Counted from the first letter of the stretch, positions 19,160-27,862 are shown. The stretch: DNA of 32,000 nucleotides from Formosa sp. Hel1_33_131 (GCF_001735745.1 NZ_CP017260.1:1710001-1742000), one strand, 5' to 3'. A program made the numbers and translations. Notes: generated by a model not told the origin, from the letters alone.

Positions 19160-20413
19160 AAGTTCACAGCTTTATTTTTGATTGTCATTTCAATCTTATC
19201 TTGTAGTGAAGAAGAGAGTATGGAAAACGATAATTTGGCTCCCCAAAATTCATTTAAGAAAATTGACATGAATTCTGTTGGAAGTAATTATGATCAATTG
19301 GTGAAAGACATTCAATCTCATAATAATTTAGATTTTACCATAGGAGAGATGAATTTTGAGATGAGAAACATGAAACCCGTTGAAGGTTTGGATGTGGAGA
19401 ACACTATAATTCTTGAAGATGAAATAGGTGATAGAACTATAATTGTTGACAATATTGTAAGATCTATTTATGTTAGATATACAGATAACGCTAATAAAAT
19501 GAACTATACCTTATATGGGTATGAAGATCCTAAACTTTTAGCGGATCTGCTAAAAACAAAAGAATATAATATTGATTTGTTAAGACAAAATAGGTCGTCT
19601 AAAAATGTCTCAAATAAATTTAATGAAAAACTCCATTTTAAATCTACAGAGACATCTTTTGTTTTAGGAAAAGTAATCGTAACAACAAAAGAAGAGTATG
19701 ACCTTTTGAATATACAACAAGGTAGCCTGGGTGTGAAATGTTCTGAAAGTGAAGTTATTCCATTTGAGAACGCTACAGTAGACAGAACAGCACAGGTGCA
19801 ACCTGTTTGGTTTCTCGTCATGTACAAAAGAGATATGACCACAAATACGGCTCCTATTATTGACGCACTAAATAACATTTTTAAATCATTGAATTCAGAT
19901 GTAGAGTATTTTGGTAGCGATCAATATGGGTTTGTTCCTCTTTTAAAATCTAATTCTAATAAAATGTATATAGAATTAGGCGTAAAATATAAGCAGGCAC
20001 CAAGTAATTTATATCATTATGATTCTGATGAGTTATTTATTAGATTTGAAAACTACTTGGCCAGTCAAGGAGAACGAAAAGCAAGGGCGCGTCATTTTTA
20101 TATGTATTTAAATTCTGAAAGTACACCATTTAAGGATGGAATAAATGGCCTGGCAACTTATGAAAGTCCTCGTCATAAATATCGCTTTGGACTGTCAGCA
20201 AATGTTTCATCTACTTTTGCACACGAAGTTGGGCATTGCTTTGGAGCAAAACATTTTGATAACTTTGCTTACGATATGACTGAAACTGACACGTATTATC
20301 TTGCTTATAGTGTAATGTATTCAACGTATGGGGGATTCCCTGAGTTATTTAAAAAAGAAAAATTTTATGGGTCACTCAACAGGGATGGAGTCAAAGCGCG
20401 TTTATTAAGATAG
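19076..20413 (+). CDS. Lipoprotein with a metzincin-type zinc metalloprotease motif (paralog 1, catalytic motif intact)
   Basis: 445 aa from the first ATG. Lipobox 'ISILSC' is followed by the acidic 'SEEES'. HExxHxxGxxH appears as 'HEVGHCFGAKH' (20222-20254), with a Met-turn-like 'YSVMYS' about 20 aa downstream. The actual start could be any of the 10 stacked ATGs (19076-19157). Confidence 0.8.
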   Translation: MKSMKSMKSMKSMKSMKSMKSMKLMKLMKFTALFLIVISILSCSEEESMENDNLAPQNSFKKIDMNSVGSNYDQLVKDIQSHNNLDFTIGEMNFEMRNMKPVEGLDVENTIILEDEIGDRTIIVDNIVRSIYVRYTDNANKMNYTLYGYEDPKLLADLLKTKEYNIDLLRQNRSSKNVSNKFNEKLHFKSTETSFVLGKVIVTTKEEYDLLNIQQGSLGVKCSESEVIPFENATVDRTAQVQPVWFLVMYKRDMTTNTAPIIDALNNIFKSLNSDVEYFGSDQYGFVPLLKSNSNKMYIELGVKYKQAPSNLYHYDSDELFIRFENYLASQGERKARARHFYMYLNSESTPFKDGINGLATYESPRHKYRFGLSANVSSTFAHEVGHCFGAKHFDNFAYDMTETDTYYLAYSVMYSTYGGFPELFKKEKFYGSLNRDGVKARLLR

Positions 20414-20457
20414 AAATAACTGAAGAGGTATAAGAGATTAAATTTGTCGTTTTATTT

Positions 20458-20513
20458 AAAAAATAGTAGAAATAAGCAATGTTTTAATACGAGCTTTATT
20501 CTACTATTTTTTT
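20458..20513 (+). terminator. Rho-independent terminator-like long hairpin after lipoprotein paralog 1
   Basis: aatagtagaaataagc ... gctttattctactatt (14 of 16 complementary) followed by a T7 run. It lies 45 nt after the stop codon. Confidence 0.6.
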
Positions 20514-20525
20514 GTTAACCGAATT

Positions 20526-20872
20526 TAAAAACTGTGACACATAAAGTTTTTTCAATGACATTAGCTCTTTGAGTGCTTTTGTCAACATTTTCATTTAAAA
20601 TTGTAGATATTGCTATCTTCTTGAAGGTTGAATCGTGCTGTAATCCAGCGGAGAACACCAATACGGAATTTTATTTACCAAAATCATATGCTTTACAAAC
20701 AGAGTTGTTTCTGTCGATGGCTTAAATCAATTTAACGTTGTTTCATCTATGGATAAATCACCCCTTGTAAAAGTTTTTCAATCGCTTTCAAAATTCAAAA
20801 GTAATCAGGCGCTTTTCATGTCTTTAGTTGTTGATTACGATCCTAATTACTTCTCCCCCGATTGATAATGAC
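20526..20872 (+). pseudogene. Decayed copy of the small HFC/CC (HYC_CC_PP-like) gene found intact at 22497-22910
   Basis: Alignable to 22500-22877, with several lesions. The start-codon region is deleted. There is an in-frame TGA at 20570-20572 (TTA in the intact copy). A 27-bp deletion between AAAATT direct repeats removes 'EAHFCGPKI' (junction after 20602). The second CC is changed to CF. A 1-nt deletion near the end creates stops. The 3' end is cut by the duplication junction. Confidence 0.85.
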
Positions 20873-20965
20873 CCTTTCAAACAACAAATTTAAACCTTAG
20901 ACAAATTAGATTAGATAGTATTGATATTGGACAATATTCAATCATTTTTAATTAGTTTCAAGAGC

Positions 20966-20973
20966 TATTTTTG
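20966..20973 (+). promoter_or_regulatory. Putative -7 promoter box (TAnnTTTG) upstream of lipoprotein paralog 2
   Basis: A duplicate of the 18988-18995 motif in the duplicated upstream region. Confidence 0.25.
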
Positions 20974-21047
20974 ACTAATTACTATTTTAAGAGTCAGAAT
21001 AAGCTGAAAAAAGGACTTTAAACAGAGAGTAGGCATAATTAAAATAT

Positions 21048-21083
21048 AAATCAATGAAATCAATGAAATCAATGAAATTAATG
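21048..21083 (+). repeat. Short version of the 9-bp start-codon repeat: (ATGAAATCA)x2 (ATGAAATTA)x1 ATG
   Basis: It has the same flanks as 19070-19159 but 6 fewer units (54 bp). It encodes (MKS)2(MKL)1MKF. Confidence 0.95.
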
Positions 21084-22370
21084 AAGTTCACAGCTTTATT
21101 TTTGATTGTTATTTCAATCTTATCTTGTAGTGAAGAAGAGAGTATGGAAAACGATAATTTGGCTCCCCAAAGTTCAGTTAAAAAAATTGACATGAATTCT
21201 GTTGGAAGTAATTACAGTCAGTTGAGACGAGACATTCAATCTCATAATAATTTAGATTTCACCATAGGAGAGATGAATTTTGAGATGAGAAACATGAAAC
21301 CCGTTGAAGGTTTGGATGTGGAGAACACTATAATTCTTGAAGATGAAATAGGTGATAGAACTATAATTGTTGACAATAATGTAAGATCTATTTATGTTAG
21401 ATATACAGATAACGCTAATGAAATAAACTACACCTTATATGGGTATGAAGATCCTAAACTTTTAGCGGGCTTACTAAAAACAAAAGAATATAATATTGAT
21501 TTGTTAAGACAAAATAGGTCGTCTAAAAACGTCTCAAATAAATTTAATGAAAAACTCCATTTTAAATCTACAGAGACATCTTTTGTAATAGGAAAAGCAA
21601 TCGTAACAACAACAAACGAGCAGGACCTTTTAAGTATGCGGCGCACTACAGGTCTTACATGCTCTATGGTAAATGAACATGAGGATGAGGTTGACGTATT
21701 AATAGAAAATGGAAGTGATGGGAGCCCAATTAGGCCAAGACCTTCTTGGAATCTCAAAATATATAAAAGACGTATGTACACAAATGTTTCTAGTAACATT
21801 GATTTACTAATAAAATCTTTTAAATCATTGTCTTCAGAGGTAGTGTATATTGGTAGCGATCAATCTGGGCATATTCCTCTTTTAAAATCTAATTCTAATG
21901 ATATGCCCGTACATTTATATATATCATATATTCAAGCACCACATAGACTAGAGTTTAATAATCATGCCGAATCACTAATTCGTGATATTACGTCGTACTT
22001 AGAGAATGAAGTTTTTGAACCAAAAGACGGGAATAATATTTACATATATTTAAAAGAAAATGGGAGACCTTTTTCTGGTAACAGATTAGGGATGGCAGTT
22101 TCCCGTGAAACTCCTGACGAATATCACCTGGGGGTAGTAGTTAGTACTGCGATCCCATTCGTGCACGTAATTGGACACACCTTAGGAGCGTTCCATTTTG
22201 ATGACCTTGCTTACGATATGACTGAAATTGACACGTATTATCTTGCTTATAGTGTAATGTATTCATCGTATGGGGGGAGCGAAAATATATTTATAAAACC
22301 AAAATTTTATAATACAGGAAACAGATGGCGTATTAAAAAGACCCTAAATGGATTTTACCCATTTGATTAG
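21054..22370 (+). CDS. Lipoprotein, metzincin-fold paralog 2 with the catalytic Glu replaced (HVxxHxxGxxH); predicted non-catalytic
   Basis: 438 aa. The signal/lipobox and first 177 aa after MKF differ from paralog 1 at 11 positions (my manual count). The middle region is strongly diverged. The motif 'HVIGHTLGAFH' (22164-22196) has GTA where paralog 1 has GAA. The 'AYDMTEIDTYYLAYSVMYSSYGG' patch is conserved. Confidence 0.8.
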   Translation: MKSMKSMKLMKFTALFLIVISILSCSEEESMENDNLAPQSSVKKIDMNSVGSNYSQLRRDIQSHNNLDFTIGEMNFEMRNMKPVEGLDVENTIILEDEIGDRTIIVDNNVRSIYVRYTDNANEINYTLYGYEDPKLLAGLLKTKEYNIDLLRQNRSSKNVSNKFNEKLHFKSTETSFVIGKAIVTTTNEQDLLSMRRTTGLTCSMVNEHEDEVDVLIENGSDGSPIRPRPSWNLKIYKRRMYTNVSSNIDLLIKSFKSLSSEVVYIGSDQSGHIPLLKSNSNDMPVHLYISYIQAPHRLEFNNHAESLIRDITSYLENEVFEPKDGNNIYIYLKENGRPFSGNRLGMAVSRETPDEYHLGVVVSTAIPFVHVIGHTLGAFHFDDLAYDMTEIDTYYLAYSVMYSSYGGSENIFIKPKFYNTGNRWRIKKTLNGFYPFD

Positions 22371-22396
22371 TAAAAATTAAAGTTACCATTTTATTT

Positions 22397-22451
22397 AAAA
22401 ATAGTAGAAGGAAGCAATATTTTAATACGAGCTTTATTCTGCTATTTTTTT
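22397..22451 (+). terminator. Terminator-like hairpin after paralog 2 (a degenerate copy of 20458-20513)
   Basis: aatagtagaaggaagc ... gctttattctgctatt followed by a T run. The stem is less perfect than in copy 1. Confidence 0.4.
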
Positions 22452-22496
22452 GTTAACCAATGGTATAAATAGCCCGCGTTTCATTAAATTTGACAA

Positions 22497-22910
22497 ATGC
22501 AAAAAACCTTGACTCATAAAGTTTTTTCAATGACGCTGGCGCTTTTAGTGCTTTTGTCCACATTTTCATTTAAAATTGAAGCTCATTTTTGTGGACCAAA
22601 AATTGTAGATGTTGCAGTCTTTTCGAAGGTTACATCGTGTTGTAGCGCTACATTAGACACCAATTCTAAAATTCAGTTTTCCAAAATCAGCTGCTGCACA
22701 AACAAGGTTGTTTCTTTTGATGGTTTAAAGGAATTAAATGTTGTTTCATCTATGGATGAGCTACAGCTTGCAAAGGTTTTTCAATCGCTTTCAAAATTCA
22801 ATAGTCATCAGACTTTATTCATTTCTTTAGTTGTTGGTTATGACCCCAATTATTTTTCACCCGATTTGATAGTGGACTCTCAAATTGAACATCAAGTTTT
22901 TCTGATTTGA
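22497..22910 (+). CDS. Small exported or membrane-anchored Cys-motif protein (HYC_CC_PP-family-like)
   Basis: 137 aa. N-terminal hydrophobic segment 'MTLALLVLLSTFSF', then 'HFCG', 'SCCS', 'SCCT' and a C-terminal 'DSQIEHQVFLI'. This resembles what I recall as the NCBIfam HYC_CC_PP family, which usually precedes a TonB receptor and an HMA protein. No HMM was run. Confidence 0.65.
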   Translation: MQKTLTHKVFSMTLALLVLLSTFSFKIEAHFCGPKIVDVAVFSKVTSCCSATLDTNSKIQFSKISCCTNKVVSFDGLKELNVVSSMDELQLAKVFQSLSKFNSHQTLFISLVVGYDPNYFSPDLIVDSQIEHQVFLI

Positions 22911-22992
22911 TTTTAGTACTATAGACACATTCTTAGGCTTACATCACGCTTGTTAAATGCCTTTTTGTAGTATTCTTATAAATTAAATCACA

Positions 22993-25230
22993 ATGAAATC
23001 TATATTATATCTTATCATTTTCTTTCCATTTTTTGTTTTTTCACAAAGTGAAATCAAAGGAAAAATCATGGAATTAAATTCCCAAAACCAGCAGATTCCT
23101 TTGCTCGGAGCCAATGTGTTTTGGCTCAACACATCCATTGGAACCATTACTTCAGAGGAAGGAACGTTCAAGCTGCCTTATAAGCCCTCTTACAAAAAAC
23201 TAGTGATTAGTTTTGTTGGCTTTAAAACAGACACGCTTAGGGTCGACAGTCTAAAAATGATTCGTCATTTGTTAGAAGCCTCTGATGATTTGGGAGAAGT
23301 AACCGTGTCTGCGAGAAAAAAATCCTCGGCAACCTCTTATCTCTCATCTCAGAATATTTCTACCATAAGTAGTAAAGAGCTTTTGAAAGCTGCTTGTTGT
23401 AATTTGTCCGAAAGTTTTGAAACCAACCCCTCTATTGATGTCAATTTTACGGACGCCATATCGGGGACAAAGCAAATTAAAATGCTCGGTCTCACGAGTC
23501 CTTATATTTTAATTACCACTGAAAATATTCCCTCAATTCGTGGCGCGTCGCAAGCCTACGGCTTGAGTTTTATCCCTGGGACTTGGGTAGAGAGTATCCA
23601 AATTACAAAAGGAGGTGGAAGTGTTGTCAACGGGTTTGAAAGTATTGCGGGACAAATCAATGCAGAGTTGGTGAAACCCACCACGGATAATACGGTTTTT
23701 GTCAATGCCTATGGATCTTTGAATGGTCGGACAGAATTCAATACGCATTTTAACACCACGCTTTCTGAGAAGTGGAGCACAGGACTGTATGTGCATGCAA
23801 ATAACAGATCACAAAAATTTGACAGAAATAACGATTCATTTCTAGATATGCCTTTGGCGAAACAACTCAATATTATGAACCGTTGGCAATATTCTAACCT
23901 TCAAAAAGGATTGATTAGCTTTTTGAATATACGCTACTTAACAGATGAAAAGCAAGCGGGTCAACTCGATTTTGATCCTGAAACAGATCGACTTTCAAGC
24001 ACCGTTTGGGGAAGTGAAATCGCCACCAAACGTTTTGAGGTTTCTTCGAAATTTGGTTATGTCAATCCCGAGATTCCGTATCAAAGTTTAGGACTTCAAT
24101 TGTCCTACAGCGATCACGACCAAACATCTTATTTTGGATTAAATCAATACGATATACGTCATAAAAGCATATACTCCAACTTGGTTTATAATTCTATTAT
24201 TAGCGATTCAAGACATAGAATAAAAACAGGTTTGAACGCGACTTATGATGACTATAGGGAGACGGTCAATTCAGAATTATACGACAGAAATGAACGCTCT
24301 ATTGGTGGGTTTTTTGAATACAGTTTTGACAATTTAGAAGCCCTTAATTTAACGGCAGGAATCCGTGTGGATCACCACAATTTATTAGGAACTTTTATCA
24401 CTCCAAGGGTGCATGCGCGCTACACACCATGGGAAAAATCGGCCTTTAGAGTGTCGTTTGGACGCGGAAAACGTGCAGCGAATATTTTTGCTGAAAATCA
24501 AAAATTATTCGCAACCTCAAGAACGATTAATATCCAAAGTACTGGCGGAAATATTTATGGTTTAGAACCTGAAATTGCTTGGAATTATGGTATATCTTTT
24601 TTACAAGGATTTAAGTTGTTTGACCGAAAAGCAGATCTTACCTTAGATTTTTATCGAACCGATTTTCAAAATCAAGTAGTTGTAGATTATGAAAATCCTT
24701 ATGAAGTCAACTTCTATAACTTAGAAGGTTCTAGTTTTGCCAATAGTTTTCAAGCGGAGTTTAGTTTGAATATTTTGGAGCGATTGGATTTAAAAACAGC
24801 TTACAAGTTTTACGATGTTAAAACTCAATACAAGTCTGGAAACCTCAAGAGACCGTTAACGTCTCAACACCGTGTGTTTGCTAATCTCTCTTTTGAAACT
24901 CCTAAAACCGATAAAGGAGGTGTATGGAAATTTGACACCACATTTAATTGGTTTGGAAAACAGCGTTTTTCATCGACCGCTTCCAGTCCAGAAGCCTATC
25001 AGTTGCCAACCTATTCTCCAACCATATCTACCCTAAACGCACAAATAACCAAGGTGTTTTCGGACTCCTTTGAACTCTATGTGGGTGCAGAAAACATTAC
25101 CAATGCCACTCAAAAAAATCCAATTTTAAGCTCTGAAAACCCATTTGGCTCAAATTTTGATACTACATTTGTATATGGTCCCATATTTGGGAGCACTTAT
25201 TACACGGGCTTACGCTATAAATTAAATTAA
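22993..25230 (+). CDS. TonB-dependent outer-membrane receptor with an N-terminal carboxypeptidase-regulatory-like domain
   Basis: 745 aa. Signal peptide, a 'GKIMEL...GANVFWLNTSIGTITSEEGTFKL' CarbopepD_reg-like domain, a TonB-box-like 'LGEVTVSA', a plug containing 'KAACCNLSESFETNPSIDV', a long beta-barrel, and the terminal 'YTGLRYKLN' (aromatic at -4; the C-terminal residue is not Phe). Confidence 0.9.
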   Translation: MKSILYLIIFFPFFVFSQSEIKGKIMELNSQNQQIPLLGANVFWLNTSIGTITSEEGTFKLPYKPSYKKLVISFVGFKTDTLRVDSLKMIRHLLEASDDLGEVTVSARKKSSATSYLSSQNISTISSKELLKAACCNLSESFETNPSIDVNFTDAISGTKQIKMLGLTSPYILITTENIPSIRGASQAYGLSFIPGTWVESIQITKGGGSVVNGFESIAGQINAELVKPTTDNTVFVNAYGSLNGRTEFNTHFNTTLSEKWSTGLYVHANNRSQKFDRNNDSFLDMPLAKQLNIMNRWQYSNLQKGLISFLNIRYLTDEKQAGQLDFDPETDRLSSTVWGSEIATKRFEVSSKFGYVNPEIPYQSLGLQLSYSDHDQTSYFGLNQYDIRHKSIYSNLVYNSIISDSRHRIKTGLNATYDDYRETVNSELYDRNERSIGGFFEYSFDNLEALNLTAGIRVDHHNLLGTFITPRVHARYTPWEKSAFRVSFGRGKRAANIFAENQKLFATSRTINIQSTGGNIYGLEPEIAWNYGISFLQGFKLFDRKADLTLDFYRTDFQNQVVVDYENPYEVNFYNLEGSSFANSFQAEFSLNILERLDLKTAYKFYDVKTQYKSGNLKRPLTSQHRVFANLSFETPKTDKGGVWKFDTTFNWFGKQRFSSTASSPEAYQLPTYSPTISTLNAQITKVFSDSFELYVGAENITNATQKNPILSSENPFGSNFDTTFVYGPIFGSTYYTGLRYKLN

Positions 25231-25250
25231 TAAATATAAACACAAACATT

Positions 25251-25604
25251 ATGAAAACAGTTTTCTTATCACTCACCATCCTATGCATGACCACGTTGAG
25301 TTTTGCTCAAAATAAAAATGCGAGAGCGTCTTTTGAAGTGGACGGTGTTTGTATGATGTGTAAAAATCGTATTGAAAAAGCGAGCCTTAAAACAAAAGGG
25401 GTTAAATCTGCTGTTTGGAACGTAGAAAGTCACGAGTTAAGACTCATTTTTGATGAAAACAAAACCGACCTCACGACCATCCAAAAAAACATTGCAGGTG
25501 TTGGTCATGACACTAAAGAACTGAAAGCAACTGACGAAGCTTATAACAGTGTCCACCCGTGTTGTAAGTACAGAGAAGATGAGGTTGTAGAGGAACATAA
25601 ATAG
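25251..25604 (+). CDS. Periplasmic heavy-metal-associated (HMA) domain protein
   Basis: 117 aa. Signal peptide 'MKTVFLSLTILCMTTLSFA', HMA fold with the CxxC site 'DGVCMMCKNRIEKA', and a second vicinal pair near the C-terminus, 'VHPCCKY'. Its start is 20 nt after the receptor stop. Confidence 0.85.
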   Translation: MKTVFLSLTILCMTTLSFAQNKNARASFEVDGVCMMCKNRIEKASLKTKGVKSAVWNVESHELRLIFDENKTDLTTIQKNIAGVGHDTKELKATDEAYNSVHPCCKYREDEVVEEHK

Positions 25605-25714
25605 TTTTAGTGAGTTTATGTCCGATCGGTCACAGAATACGGAGAGGCAAGCATAACTCAAATTAAATTTGGATATAATTAGCTATATTTGTTTATATCG
25701 TAACCAATATTATT

Positions 25715-25960
25715 ATGGGAACAGTAGAATTAAGAAATAAATGGAAAGAAGCGATCGGGAAGGTTGATGATCGTTTTTTGCGTATGGTGGATGCTTTATA
25801 TGAAACGTATTCAAAAGACCAAGTTGACTTTTTTGAGGAGTTGCCAAAAGAAATACAAGAGCTCCTAATAGAAAGTAGAGAAAGCATAAAAAACGGAGAC
25901 TTTTTTACTCACGAAGAAGTGACGTCTGAAGCTAGGAAGAAATTTAACATTTCAGAATAA
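25715..25960 (+). CDS. Small helical protein, putative type II antitoxin (partner of a RelE/ParE-type toxin)
   Basis: 81 aa. 'ELPKEIQELLIESRESIKNGDFFTHEEV' resembles Bacteroidota antitoxins as I remember them. It is followed 8 nt later by a toxin-like fragment. The family was not verified. Confidence 0.4.
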   Translation: MGTVELRNKWKEAIGKVDDRFLRMVDALYETYSKDQVDFFEELPKEIQELLIESRESIKNGDFFTHEEVTSEARKKFNISE

Positions 25961-25968
25961 AGATTTTT

Positions 25969-26091
25969 ATGATGGATGTGATTTGGGGAGCAAAAGCTAA
26001 ACACTCTTATTTCGATGAACTTGACAGAATAAATAAATTTCACACTGTTAGAGAAGTTGAAAAATTTTTAAAAGGGTTTCAAAGTGAATAA
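25969..26091 (+). pseudogene. Truncated RelE/ParE-like toxin remnant (40 codons)
   Basis: My own translation gives MMDVIWGAKAKHSYFDELDRINKFHTVREVEKFLKGFQSE*. The 'V(I)W...A...Y...E...W/F..KEVEKF' pattern matches only the N-terminal part of ~95-aa Bacteroidota RelE/ParE toxins. No continuation exists in any frame. Confidence 0.35.
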
Positions 26092-26153
26092 TAGTGTGTG
26101 ATTTATAAAATAATATTAGGTATCACAATTTGTGACACCTAGTTATTAAATCA

Positions 26154-26193
26154 CAAAAAAAGCTCCTGAATGTAATTTCAGGAGCTTTTTTTG
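26154..26193 (-). terminator. Rho-independent terminator of groES-groEL; bidirectional in form
   Basis: Perfect 10-bp stem agctcctgaa / ttcaggagct (26161-26170 / 26177-26186) with a 6-nt loop. It is flanked by A7 on one side and T7 on the other, and lies 22 nt past the groEL stop. Confidence 0.85.
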
Positions 26194-26214
26194 ATTGTTA
26201 TTGTATGTGGAGAT

Positions 26215-27855
<1,641 letters not shown>

Positions 27856-27862
27856 TTAAAAA

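Larger units (their letters stand above)
18896..22877. repeat. Tandem segmental duplication of two ~2 kb units (18896-20873 and 20874-~22877). Each unit holds an upstream region, a lipoprotein gene, a terminator and a small Cys-motif gene.
   Basis: Manual alignment with a 1978 bp offset. The 180 bp upstream of each ATG differ at a single base (T 18954 / C 20932). The first ~530 bp of CDS after the repeats are near-identical. The rest is alignable but much more diverged. The junction reads ...gataatgac|cctttcaaacaac at about 20873/20874. Confidence 0.85.

Noticed and set aside
19009-19269. Minus-strand ORF encoding '...INFINFINFIDFIDFIDFIDF...' (and its twin at 20987-21193)
   Set aside because: It is the antisense reading of the 9-bp start-codon repeat and the lipoprotein 5' end. 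The repetitive peptide is an artefact of the repeat. The plus-strand gene has a proper signal peptide and lipobox.
19504-19878. Minus-strand 124-aa ORF inside paralog 1, with a similar 123-aa ORF at 21428-21799 inside paralog 2
   Set aside because: The pair is 'conserved' only because both lie in the near-identical duplicated segment. They run antisense to well-supported genes and have no recognisable motifs.
22485-22492. TAnnTTTG-type -7 box 'TAAATTTG' just before the small Cys-motif gene
   Set aside because: It ends only 4 nt before the ATG at 22497. It would therefore require a leaderless transcript or a downstream start that removes the conserved N-terminus. This is too uncertain to call. 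The region is deleted in the pseudogene copy.
26097-26155. Nested inverted repeats with TGTGA/TCACA cores: tgtgattt...aaatcaca enclosing aggtatcaca-att-tgtgacacct, between the toxin stub and the groEL terminator
   Set aside because: There is no flanking T-run to make it a terminator. The spacing does not fit a CRP-type site (TGTGA-N6-TCACA). I cannot tie it to any function. It is possibly a relic of the deleted toxin region.
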